NCBI GenBank assembly: GCA_020137815.1
Contig: CM035354.1
Span: 3,658,001-3,722,000 of the forward strand
Length of the DNA stretch: 64,000 bases
Direction: 5' to 3'
From: Hormiphora californensis
Taxonomy: Eukaryota > Animalia > Ctenophora
Part shown: positions 30,155 to 47,321 of the stretch, piece by piece
Layout of the letters: every line of letters starts with the position of its first letter
How positions within the stretch are numbered: position 1 is the first letter of the stretch
Notes under the pieces: generated by a model
What the model was told of the DNA's origin: nothing
The model's input: only the letters and a program-made list of their open reading frames with translations
Databases searched by the model: none
Program-made: the position numbers and the translations under genes

Positions 30155-30963
30155 GGTTGAAATTGGACTTAATATTTTTAGTGTAAAGAAAGTTGATTTG
30201 TATTCTCCCCTATTTATATTATGCTATTCATTCAGTTAGATCGCTGTCGTTTAGAATATTAACACTGCAGAGTTGACACTTGACAACTCCAAGGGTGAGT
30301 TGATCATTTCGAACAATTCTGAAATCTGAAATCTGAACGGTTGTTCTACACATTTGGGGCGCGCGAACAGTCTCTTACAACGCAAAGTACACCATTTCAG
30401 CAACAGGCCAACGCCACCAATTTGCGCGTCAAAGGATTTCCCGGGACCCCAAACCAGATTCAAAATGCCCCCTTCACACACTCGGCCTCACAGCTGACGG
30501 TACCTATAGCAACGGGAGGGAGAGATAATGGAGAGAGGGTTGAACTTCAACCCTCTCTCCATTATCTTCCCCTTCAACTTGAAGGGGAAGACAAAACAAA
30601 CAAGATTAGTTTCTTTCATCGAACTAAATATATGCCTAGATATAAGACAAAGACAATACCATTAACAATAACACTGAAAATACACTGAAAGCAATAATTG
30701 GTATACTGTGCAGCTTAGGTGCAATTATCAAACTTATGCAAAGCACATTGTGTGCAAGGTTGATAAATACAGTGTGTGTTAGTAAAACGTGTAGCAGAGC
30801 TCCCGAAACATAAAGAAAAAAGTAGAAAAGTAGCAATCTAAATCAGATAAGGTATATCATATTATCAGATAAGCAATAATAATGAAAGATATGGGTGTTT
30901 ATAAAACGGTTGGTGAAGATAAAATCGCATTTCTCGCTCTCCCTATCTTTCTCTAAAACACAG

Positions 30964-31135
30964 ACGGCCTCCCTTGTACCTCCGGGAGATCTCCCGGGGT
31001 CGTGTCCCAGCTGAGGGATTTAAATAACAGATGCACATTGTACCGGTCATAGATCATGCGTCTAGGGCGGAGCATCTGTAATAATCTATCAGCTAGGACA
31101 TCCCCGGGAGATCCCGGAGGTGCAAGGGAGGCCGT
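30964..31135. repeat. Long imperfect inverted repeat (~70-bp arms) between convergent KIF18 and MAPKAPK5
   Basis: acggcctcccttgtacctccgggagatctcccgggg..cagatgc versus gcatctg..ccccgggagatcccggaggtgcaagggaggccgt. Confidence 0.85.
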
Positions 31136-31376
31136 AAACAGACAAACATACTCTATTATCATTTTCATATTTAAAGGGCCACTCATTCCCTCGTTCTAAA
31201 ACGGCAGTATTTTCTTTCCTCCCCCTATCTCTTTCTCACTCACTCAATTCCTTTATCTCTGTCTTTCTTTCACTCTCCCACCCACTCTCTCTCTAGCTCT
31301 CTCCCCTCACTTGAGTGTTCATTTTCATTTTGGTAGCTGCTGTTTATCTGAACATTTCAACTTATTATTTACAATC

Positions 31377-37427
<6,051 letters not shown>

Positions 37428-38337
37428 TTCCGAGCGATTCGTTATAAAAAGGTGGTAATAGGACTAGTCGAGCTGCAGTTGGCCATGGGCAATTCACCAT
37501 ACACAGCTAATGCATAAGCTAAGGGGAAACTATCATTGAAGTTTACAAATACATGCAATAACAAAAAACAGAACAAATGAACAGCAACAAAAAATGCTGA
37601 ACATGATTAGTAGTAGCACTGAAATTTAATACATTTATGATTAATCTTTTATCACCATGAGTAAAATTAAATACAATTGACGTTTATATTCCGCTTTGGG
37701 GCAAATAAATGCTAACACTAATCGGCTGATCGGAACAGCCTTCTAAAACGGCTAACTAAGTCAAAAGAAGTCAGAACCCTCAACCGTTGAGGCTCAACGG
37801 TCAATACTCAATCCAGTCTAAAGACTAAAACCACCCCCAGAGATAATGAGCAACATCGGAAATGCTGAGGTCGAACACAGCGTGACTAGTTCTGTCCAAT
37901 CACAGTACAGAACAGCTCCAGTGCACTGCACACACTCTTGACCCGTACGTCAAGAGCTGTTTTTGAGCAATGATTGGTCGAAACACGTCAGGGCGTGACC
38001 ATCACACGGTGCTACAGCTCAGTGGCGAAGCGAGGCTGTGTCCACTTTATCCAGGGTACACTTTTCGTCGTGATAAAATACAAAAACTGGTTAATTTGGG
38101 CCAAAAAAAGAAAAAATTAAACTTGGCAAAATTTTCAACGACAAAAAAATATTTGAGTGACAAAAAATTTCGATCGCGCGGCTTAAGAAAGTAAGTTTAT
38201 GGCAGCGCTTTAACTATTTGCTTCGCGCCGGACGTCCGGCGCGGACACATAACAAGACATAATAAATAAATAAAAATTAAATGTTCTGCCAAAAAAAACA
38301 AACGAAACTGAAAACTGAAAACAAACAAATTTTCTTC

Positions 38338-38611
38338 GGCCAGCGTTAAAATATGGGTGTTTTGGGAGTGCTGACTGCTGACAAACGGTTTTTTAGGGTT
38401 AGGGCTAAAGTAGGGTTAGGGTTAGGGTTAGGGTTAGGGTTAGGGTTGGGGTTTGGGTTGGGGTTAGGCCTTGACATTCCCTACCAGATAAACTTTGAAT
38501 CAGCCAAAACGGTTGAGTGGTTTGGCGGTTAGAGCCATTTTAGTGAATCAACTTTTTTGGTAGCGCGCACCTGTAAATAGGCCTCTAAACACCCAGATCG
38601 TAACGGCGCCC
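38338..38611 (-). mobile_element. Second full copy of the telomere-repeat MITE, 9-bp TSD ATTTTCTTC
   Basis: Same TIRs as 23360-23607 in reverse orientation; internal run of TTAGGG units; attttcttc on both flanks. Confidence 0.88.
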
Positions 38612-39302
38612 ATTTTCTTCCCCCTTGAAGTTTAAAAGAGCCACGCTGCCTTTTCCTTACTGCGTGTCTGTACTCTGTAGGGCAAAGTAAAAATGTGGGT
38701 GCCTTCCATTACTAACAATTCATCAATTTTGGCGTTCGAGACGGGTTAGGCTGCCGGCTGTCCGTTAGGGTCTGGTTAGGGTTTGGTTTGGGGTTATCGG
38801 TTAGCGCTATCGATTCACTATCAGATGCCGTTTAGTTTTCTCAAATCGGCCATGTGGTTGCGTGCCTGTAGCCGTTTGAAAAAGTCGGTCTATTAAATAA
38901 GTGTTTTATTTATTATTTTATTTATTTATTAATAAAACACCGTAATTTCATTTTGTCCCTGATTGATCAAGCCGGAAGGAGATATCATCCCAACAAACTA
39001 TTATCATGCGGCTCATAAACAATTATCCGATACTTATCCTGTATTAAATAAGTGTCCTCTTTTTGCTAGCGTGCACCTGAAAACAGGCTACAAGGCACCC
39101 AGATTATAATCACGCCTGTAGTATATGCCAATCTACTTCCTCCGCCGAATGGAGGGGCAAAAAACACTCTCCGGTTGGCTAATGTGCTCGTTTTTGACGA
39201 CAGGCGGACTCTAGTGTAGGCTTACCCGGGTCAGGGCTCCGACCTTGGACACACTTGTGTTCCCGTGGCCTAGAATCACACTGCTCGACCTGAGAATTTC
39301 CG

Positions 39303-40071
39303 TATTTGAAGAGGCTACTGCAAAGCTTCTTTAAAATTTCATATATGAGGCATAAACTCTTGCCAGTGGCGCGTTATTTCAGATACCTTTCTCCCAGCGC
39401 GCCGCTGGGAGAAGGTAGCTGTAGTTTATCCGCCACTGGCGGATAAACTGGTTTAAATCACGACGACGATCCCGAGGCGTAGCCGAGGGAGAGGCGGAGG
39501 GGTTTAAACCTATAACGCGTCTATGGCAAGAGTTTATAGTTTATATACCCTGCTTTAGTTGTTTGTTACAAGTATTACACACTAACAAGAGAGAGAACAC
39601 TAATCAAAATACACAAAGAGAACTGAGAAACAGTCAAAAACATCTCTCAATTGAGTGTACATTGTTTGGTAACAGTTACTAAGGAGAGAGAGAAAGAAAT
39701 AACAAGATATGGGGCATGCCAGACATAACACAGAGGAATTGAGATAGTGAAACAAAAGGGAAGCTAAAGAGAGAGTAATTGACGGAATGTGTTGTTTCTT
39801 TCTCTCCAATTTAGTGTGTAACTCTTCCAAACAGTGTTCCCTCTGTATTTCAGTAAGAACTGATCATTTACACACACTTTGAATGTAACATAGGAGTTAA
39901 AAATAAATAACCTGCCAGTGGGAAATAATCTGCCGCTGGACTGGCTGGTTATCGAGAGCGCGCTAGTGGGACTTCTCGCCACTGGCGCATTATTTAAGTT
40001 AGCAGGGTATATAAGCCAGTAAAAAATTTTCAGACTGGCTTAATTGAAGCTTGACAGTAGCCTCTTCATAG
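39303..40071. mobile_element. Composite/nested inverted-repeat element upstream of chimaerin
   Basis: tgaagaggctactgcaaagcttc versus gaagcttgacagtagcctcttca; internal pairs aaactcttgcca/tggcaagagttt and ttatataccctgct/agcagggtatataa. Confidence 0.55.
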
Positions 40072-40133
40072 AAATTTTGCGATTCAAAATCATGATAATT
40101 AAACCTCTACTTCACTGTAATAGCTGCATCTGA

Positions 40134-43100
40134 ATGAGTGAGGATAGACTTTATCCCAACTTGGCGATTGATACGATGGTAGCAGGGCTTGATCTGGAGT
40201 CCCCTGCCCTACCCGAACCTCCTACACCTCTCACCCCAGAAGAAGACGATTCGCCACCTGAACACCCCCTTTTATCAAAGATAAAGAGCAAAATTGTAAA
40301 CGAAATTCAGCAGGAACAACTGGAAATATTACGGGGAATCGAACCGAAATATGATAACAAACGTACGTTTACCTAATATTGAGACTGGGGACACGGTTTG
40401 ACAATTGACACGGTTTGAAAACAATTCCGCACGGGTTTCCCGGTGCGTAGAAACTGGAAGGTGCTCCCGGTGGTAGTGTACAACTACCACCGCGATGGCG
40501 GCACCACCCGATTGGTGGTGTTGTGACACATCCTGAGTGTTGTTTTGTTCAAACCCATCTAGTTAGGCAACCTGGGAGATCATTTTAATGAGAACCAGTC
40601 AGGCCCCTCATTTCTAACTCTCTCCATGACAGTCCACATTATTTTCAGTGTACAATCTCCAACAGTCAGCACCGAAGCCTCGTTCAGTGAAAGCGAGGTA
40701 CCAGGTAAATACCTTAAACTAGATCAGTCTAATGTTTTCACGTGTTCATTTCAATTGCTTCTAAAAGGTTGGAGTCAATAATTTTACATAGCTCATACAT
40801 ATCCACGAGGGTTGAATACTATTCACATTCATATCCGGCTAATTGGTATTAGACGTGGTGAAAGCTTTTTCGTGTAACAACCAACACCTGTTGAATGTAA
40901 CTAGCACACGGGTAATCTATACGTTACTCCGGTGGTCATAGTTAATCTGAATGTAGATATGGACCATGATGCTCTTTCTCTTCATAACTCGTTCCCTAAC
41001 ATGTTTCTACCACCACAGGACGACGATAAACCTTCGTATTACGGCGATGAGTAAGTTATCACTGCTGTAGAATACATGTTTATTGTTCCTGTTGGTGTGT
41101 TATTCACCAACAATAGGAAATAGACAAAAGGAAAACAAATGTGATCCTGATCACATTGCCCAGTGTCCACGGAGTTTTTCAGTTCGTTTGTCTCATGTCT
41201 GTCAGTTTTTCTGTTCATCTTTGTGTTGTGTAATTGTCGCACAATGTGTAGATTCTAGCTGCTAATTTTCTACTGGCAGTGTGAATATGTTGACACGAGT
41301 TGTAATAATATTCCCATTTTATACCACTGTGTACCAATCACTAGTTTGCATTAGTCCTCCTCCCTTGCCGCCTGTTATCAAATTCTCAATCCAGGTACCA
41401 TGGTATGTTAAAGAGACCAGAGGTTGACCGACTGCTTGGGACTAAGGACGGTAATTACATCGTCAGAGAATCAATGACGAAACCAGGAAAATACTCACTA
41501 AGCTTTGTGTAAGTAGATTCGGACCACGATATACCCGGGTACCCCGATATATAAGTCTCTCTCTCTGTTTTTTTTATAATTTCGTCAGGGCTACTGGGTT
41601 CAAGTTACATCGAAACTCTCTTACCCCAGCTCCCCCAGGCCATTTGTTACACACGAATAAATGACCTCTTTGTGTCAGTGTGTATGTGTGTACGTGTGTA
41701 TGTGCCAGTATGTGAGGATGTTTGTTAAGTAAACAGAGCGATTACACACAGTACACACACATACACACTGTTCTAACAATCAAACAGCTGTTCTATATTT
41801 TAAACACGCACTTTGCAGGCCACAGGGTGGGGGTCGAGCAAGGCTAATTTAGGTTATTACGCTAAATATGAGCATTTGTATATTTAGAGGGTTGTTCAGG
41901 TGATTGAATAAAAAGTGTTTTTAGTAGTCCCCTCTTTCCACTGCAAATCCCCTGGGACTATGTGTAATTAGCATAGCAATGATGAATGAATATTATACTG
42001 GACAATTGTTACTTTGAGTAATGGGCAATGGTGTAATACTCAAAACTCAAACAATGTAGTCTAGATAATTAACCAGTTATATCAGAGTCGTGCATTGCTT
42101 TACCTCGACTCATTCCTCCCCCCCCCCCCCCCCCCAAGTATCTGTGTAACGAGTACCACGTCCTAACCAATATGTGTAGTAGCACATATCTTATCTCAAT
42201 ATACAATCTGACATACAAAGTGCAGCTAATGTAGATGTACCATGTGCATGAACTGTTTTATCTTCTTACCTTTCTATCATCTAGCCCTTATAATATTCGA
42301 ATATTGTGTTCGGGTCGTAATTCGTAAACTAGCTGAATATTGTCTGAGAGGCTACTTCAACCCACTAATTTACTTTCCGCTTTCGGTCCTGATTTAACAT
42401 GATGTCATTCTCCAATCTCCAGTTTTTCAATCTACCTACGTCACACCCCTCCTCAGTCCTTACAAGTGACAGTGAAAACACAAGAGGTCAGAGGAGGGGA
42501 GGGGTTTAGAAAAGTTAGAGCAATTCTCACTCCCTGCATATTTGTCTGTAACGCGCGAGAACATGACAGTGAAGATCACCGCGCACAATGCGCCACACGC
42601 TACCTCGTGCTGAATAGTGCTGGCCAGCGCCCCTGTTGTCTGGCGGCGCCATACCCCAGTGTGCTCAGATGGGGTCGGCGGCGCCAGACAGCACCCCTAC
42701 TGATGCAGTAGCTTTTAACACTGGCAATATTTCAGGTATGACGGGGCTGTGCGACATTTTATATTGGGATACAAGGACGGGCAGCACATAATTGGTAAGA
42801 TATTCCCCGGTCGGGCTATATTGTGAGACTTGTAACAAGGTGGTAACATCAAGAACCTACCGACACAAGTAAACAACCAATCAGAACTCGTTAGTTAGGT
42901 TACATGACTGGTTAGTGGTTATCAACCAATCAGGGACCAGTATTTCCTGATTCGGTCGGTTCTTGGTACACATGTTGATCCACCCCCAATTAGGTGATAA
43001 ATCGTTTGAGTCTATCGATACATTAGTGCACGATGGACTAATCAGTTTCCACGTTGCTAAGCATGGTGTTGACCAAATCATTGCCAAGTCTATAACTTTG

Positions 43101-45645
43101 CGACGGATACACAAGAGAAAAGCTCCCCCGCCCCCCTCTGCGCCACCTGTAGAAGATGAAGTGAGTGCAGTAGTGATACTACAGGTGGTACTAGACTACT
43201 AGAAACTAGAAATATATACTGGACGTGAAAAGAAAATGAAACGTATCTTACCTCTAAGGGCCTTTCTTAACGAGCTGCACCCTGCAATTGCACCCTGCAA
43301 TTGCACCCTACAATTGCACCCTACAAACTTCTTTCTTAACGAGAGTTTGCACCCTGCAATTGCACCCTGCAAACCTTCGTTAAGAAAGAAGTTTACAGGG
43401 TGCAATTGCATGCTTCACACGTGATAAAATGACGTGGGTGTTGAAGGACATATCCCCTCTATTTTGTATCAAATTACATGACTGTTCCCACACTCATCTG
43501 CGCACGTGACTGGGTCACGTGTAAAGGGTGCAATTGCACCCTACAACTTTCTTTCTTAACGAGAGTTGCAGGGTGCAATTGCAGGGTGCAATTGCAGGGT
43601 GTAATAGGTCCTCCTGTTACACCCCTACAGGGTGCAAACTTCTTTCTTAACGAGACAGAAAGTGGATTACACCCTGCAATTGCACCCTGCAATTGCAGGG
43701 TGCAATTGTAGTTTTTGTCTCGTTAAGAAAGGCCCTAATACTTTGTCTGATGTCTCACAAAAGCGTAGCTACAGACACAGCTACATTATATTATATCTCG
43801 TCTCTAACAACCATGCCATGCACCCCACAATAGATTACACCCCACCCACCCTAGATTACAGATGAGGACAGTGGAGAAGAAGAGGATGAGGAGACGGATG
43901 GTAAAAATGCAGATCGGGTTGAATTAAGGGTGAAACGGAATAAGAATATGAGGAAGACAGTTCGAGTCAGCGAGTATTTTGAACTATCTCGAGCTGTTGA
44001 GAAGAAGCACAATTTCAAGGTAATGTTATAACAGAATCACACTTATACCTCCCCGCTAATCACCCCCTACCCGCTCCCTAGTTATTATTCCCTATTTGTT
44101 ACTCAAAAAACCCCTACAGAAACACACCTACTACGGGTTTCCGTTCTGTGACTACTGTTCCAATTATATGTGGGGGCTCAGTCAACAAGGTTGTCAGTGT
44201 GTCGACTGTGGACAGAACTGTCACCACCAGTGTGCTGAACAAGCACCTCCTGACTGTAAACCGTCAGCTAAACTGATCAGCAAGGGTACGTGGAACAATA
44301 TCGAATACTTTGACATCATCCACTGTTTTTCTTGGCATTTTTTTAATAACATGCCACAGGTCCCTTGGCCTGGAGGGAATGACACGCAGCTCAAATGATC
44401 TGGCAAGCCCGGCTTTACATTTTCTTCCTTTCAGTGTTTGGGGTTGATCTAACTACGGTGGTTATGATGAACAACACAGAAAACATCCCAGCTGTACTTC
44501 ATAAATGTTTCAGTGTAATAGAAAAGATAGGTAAGTGCGGGGGTCCGGCACTACTTCAGACCTGTCAAGCCAATGCTCTGACCACAGTTCTCGCGCGCTC
44601 CGCTTGAGAGAAATGAGAATAGGGTCAGGCCAATGCTCTGCCAGCTTCATACAAACTAACACCCTGCCAGAGCATTGGCCTTACCGGGAGAGCCGTGGCC
44701 AGATCATATTGACCTGACAGCTAAGACCTAAATACCAGGGGAACTAACCCTACCACCCAACCAGGTTTAGAAAAACAGGGTATTTATCGGGTTAACGGAT
44801 CCCATGATGACATACTGCGGTACAAGGAGATGATGAACAAGAATGCTAGCTTGAGTGTTCTGGAAAGCGCTGATCTATTTGTATTGTGTAGTCTTACGAA
44901 GATGTTCCTGCGGGAACTACCCATGCCGCTCATTACATATGACGCTTATCAGCCTTTCATCGATGGAAACAGTAAGTCTCGCTCTCTCTCTCTCTCTCTA
45001 ACTTTTAAAGATAGGACAGTTATCCTTGCGATCATAAATTCAGATTTTAGTCAAAATTTCATCATATAATAACACTGAATCATTGACAAATTACCTCCTT
45101 CCCAGGTCTATTTGATCATGATAATAGAGTTGGTCAGACAAAGAACGCCATTCGGATTCTCCCAAGTTGCCACTTCTTTACTCTCAGAGCTCTAACACAA
45201 CATCTCAACACGTGAGTCCAGCTCCAGAAATGTAGTTTCCTTTTCGATGTTGGTAAATGTTTCTTTCACTTCTTTACTAGAGATCTGACAACATCATATT
45301 ACCCACCCCTCCTCCCCTGAGGGTTTGTTACCCAAGCAACTCCCTTCCCTTCTCCCCAAGTGTTTTTTACCCAAGCCACTCCCTTCCCTTCTCCCCGAGT
45401 GTTTTTTACCCAAGCCACTCCCTTCCCTTCTCCCCCAGTGATTTTTACCCCACGCCCCTCCTCCCCTCAGTGTTTCCAAGATGAGTGATAAGAACCAGAT
45501 GACTGCCGAGAATTTAGCCATCGTCTTCGGTCCCACTGTCTTCAGGACAGAAGTGCTAACCGCAGAGAATATGATGGCTGACCTTAACGCACAGAAGAGC
45601 GTAATGAAGTTTCTGATAGACCACTGCTGGAGGCTATTCGCTTGA
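40134..45645 (+). CDS. CHN1: Chimaerin (SH2-C1-RhoGAP), multi-exon
   Basis: YNLQQSAPKPR; SH2 YHGMLKRPEVDRLL..GNYIVRES..PGKYSLS; C1 HNFKKHTYYGFPFCDYCSNYMWGLSQQGCQCVDCGQNCHHQC; RhoGAP VFGVDLTT, GLEKQGIYRVNG, KMFLRELPMPLITY, NQMTAENLAIVFGPT. Confidence 0.93.
42851..42965. mobile_element. ~115-bp short interspersed TIR element, intronic
   Basis: aagaacctaccga..ccaatcag..tcggtcggttctt with terminal inverted ends; resembles a repeat I recall as abundant in Pleurobrachia sequences. Confidence 0.65.
43258..43735. mobile_element. PIF/Harbinger (Tourist-like) MITE with TAA TSD and internal tgcaccctgcaat arrays
   Basis: taa|gggcctttcttaacgag ... ctcgttaagaaaggccc|taa. Confidence 0.88.
44561..44720. 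mobile_element. Small intronic MITE-like element
   Basis: ctgtcaagccaat..attgacctgacag ends; internal ggccaatgctctg/cagagcattggcc pair. Confidence 0.5.
45320..45450. repeat. ~39-bp minisatellite x3 in the last chimaerin intron
   Basis: tacccaagc(a/c)actcccttcccttctcccc..gtg.ttttt repeated. Confidence 0.85.
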
Positions 45646-46720
45646 AACCAGTGGTTGCCAGGGTTACCAATGGTTACTATTAGTTACATGTGGTTGCCAT
45701 GGTTATCAGGGGTTAGTGGGTTACCATGGTGATTACTGAGAGCTGCCAACAAGGTAAGAATAAGACTAGTTCGCGTGAATGTATGAACAATGAACTGACC
45801 GTCCCGATCTATATATTTTAGTAAAACGCGATCTGAAGGGTAAATACCGGGTTCTTCAATTCTGACCGGGCGACGGGCCGAGTTTTATTGTTTGGAAGTA
45901 CCCTTTTACAGGTTTCTGTAGCCTGGTACCCCTGTTATAAGCAAGAGACTATTGTTAAATTCTTTTTCTGACACATTATATGTGAGGGACTGGGTTTTAT
46001 TCAATGCATGTTTAATTTGTAAAGAGCTATAGATTCTTTGTAAGCCGTTGATTTATTCTGTTATTTTTTTCAATGTTTTTAACCAAATTCGGTATTCATT
46101 AGATAATACAAAGAGACTGAGGTCAAGAGAAAGTGAGAGAAAAAGAGAAAGGGAGAGGAGGGGAGAAAGAAAGATAATGTGCAGTTAAAAATGTATTATT
46201 TTTTTTCCGAGAGAAATCAAGAAGACCTCAGTCTCTGTGATCAATTTATAATGTATTACACCATTCTCTTTTCTGCTCCAACTCTAAACGAGATCGAGAA
46301 GGATTGTTAAACAGGGACATGCATATTAGAGTGCATTCAGCACCCCCCTCTCTCTCTATCTCTCTATCTCTCTATCTCTCATGATTTGTTAAAACCTCTC
46401 TCTATACCGCACTCACTCCCCATGGAGAAGTGCATGGCAAACTCTTCTTCGTTTTCTGCAAAACCGGGCCATGCACTTTGCAATAACGGAGATTACTTTA
46501 GTTTTCATGATTTTACAATTAGTATTCAGTTATCAAGTTGCTTAATTTGAAATGGTCCAATTATAATATCTGTCCTCATGAGTTATAAGATTTGTTATAT
46601 CAGGGGTCTCTACGCAACGCCGATCTTCCTATTGAGTAATGCACTGTTGCAACAACATAATGCATGCTGATATACGATCATGATAGGTCATTTTGAGAGA
46701 GATAGAGAGTGAGTGAGAGT

Positions 46721-46782
<62 letters not shown>

Positions 46783-47321
46783 AGAGAAAGAGAGAAAGAG
46801 AGAGAGAGAGAGAGAGTGAGTGAAAGGAGGATGTTCTCTTTCCCTGTTGGTTGTGAATTGGAAATGTAATATGTATGAATCCTGGTCGTTCACGGAAATT
46901 GTTCGGCGAATGCGAGTCTGACAAGTCATGTTTCTTCTGCCCTTTATTTTTAATATGCCTTTTAACCTATCTCCACTACTTTTTCAGTTTCTCTCTTCCT
47001 CCATCTCTCTATCTCTCCCTCTCTCCATCCATCCCTATATCTGGCATATCCGTGATGGTACTTACCAGTATATGTTGTACTATATCGTTATGTTGCAACA
47101 ACAAAAGTGCTCTCTGTTACTAGGCAATTGTTTGTTGCTATGAAACATTAGGTAACCCCTGTCATTAGCATCAAAACTTGACTGCTCAGAGGCACTGCCC
47201 AATCAGTTGAATGGTTGATCTGTGTACGTTTATCTCTTTAGTCATTTTGTCAGACCCTGATCCGTAGGCTTTGCACAATCTCAGTATAATAATCCTGTAA
47301 AGCTTTCCCAGCACCAAAACC

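Noticed and set aside
38395-38467. (TTAGGG)n as a chromosome end or fusion scar
   Set aside because: Short array internal to a TSD-flanked MITE with copies elsewhere in the window
43258-43735. Palindromic repeats resembling a CRISPR array
   Set aside because: No unique regular spacers, no cas genes, eukaryotic intron, bounded by TIRs and TAA TSD
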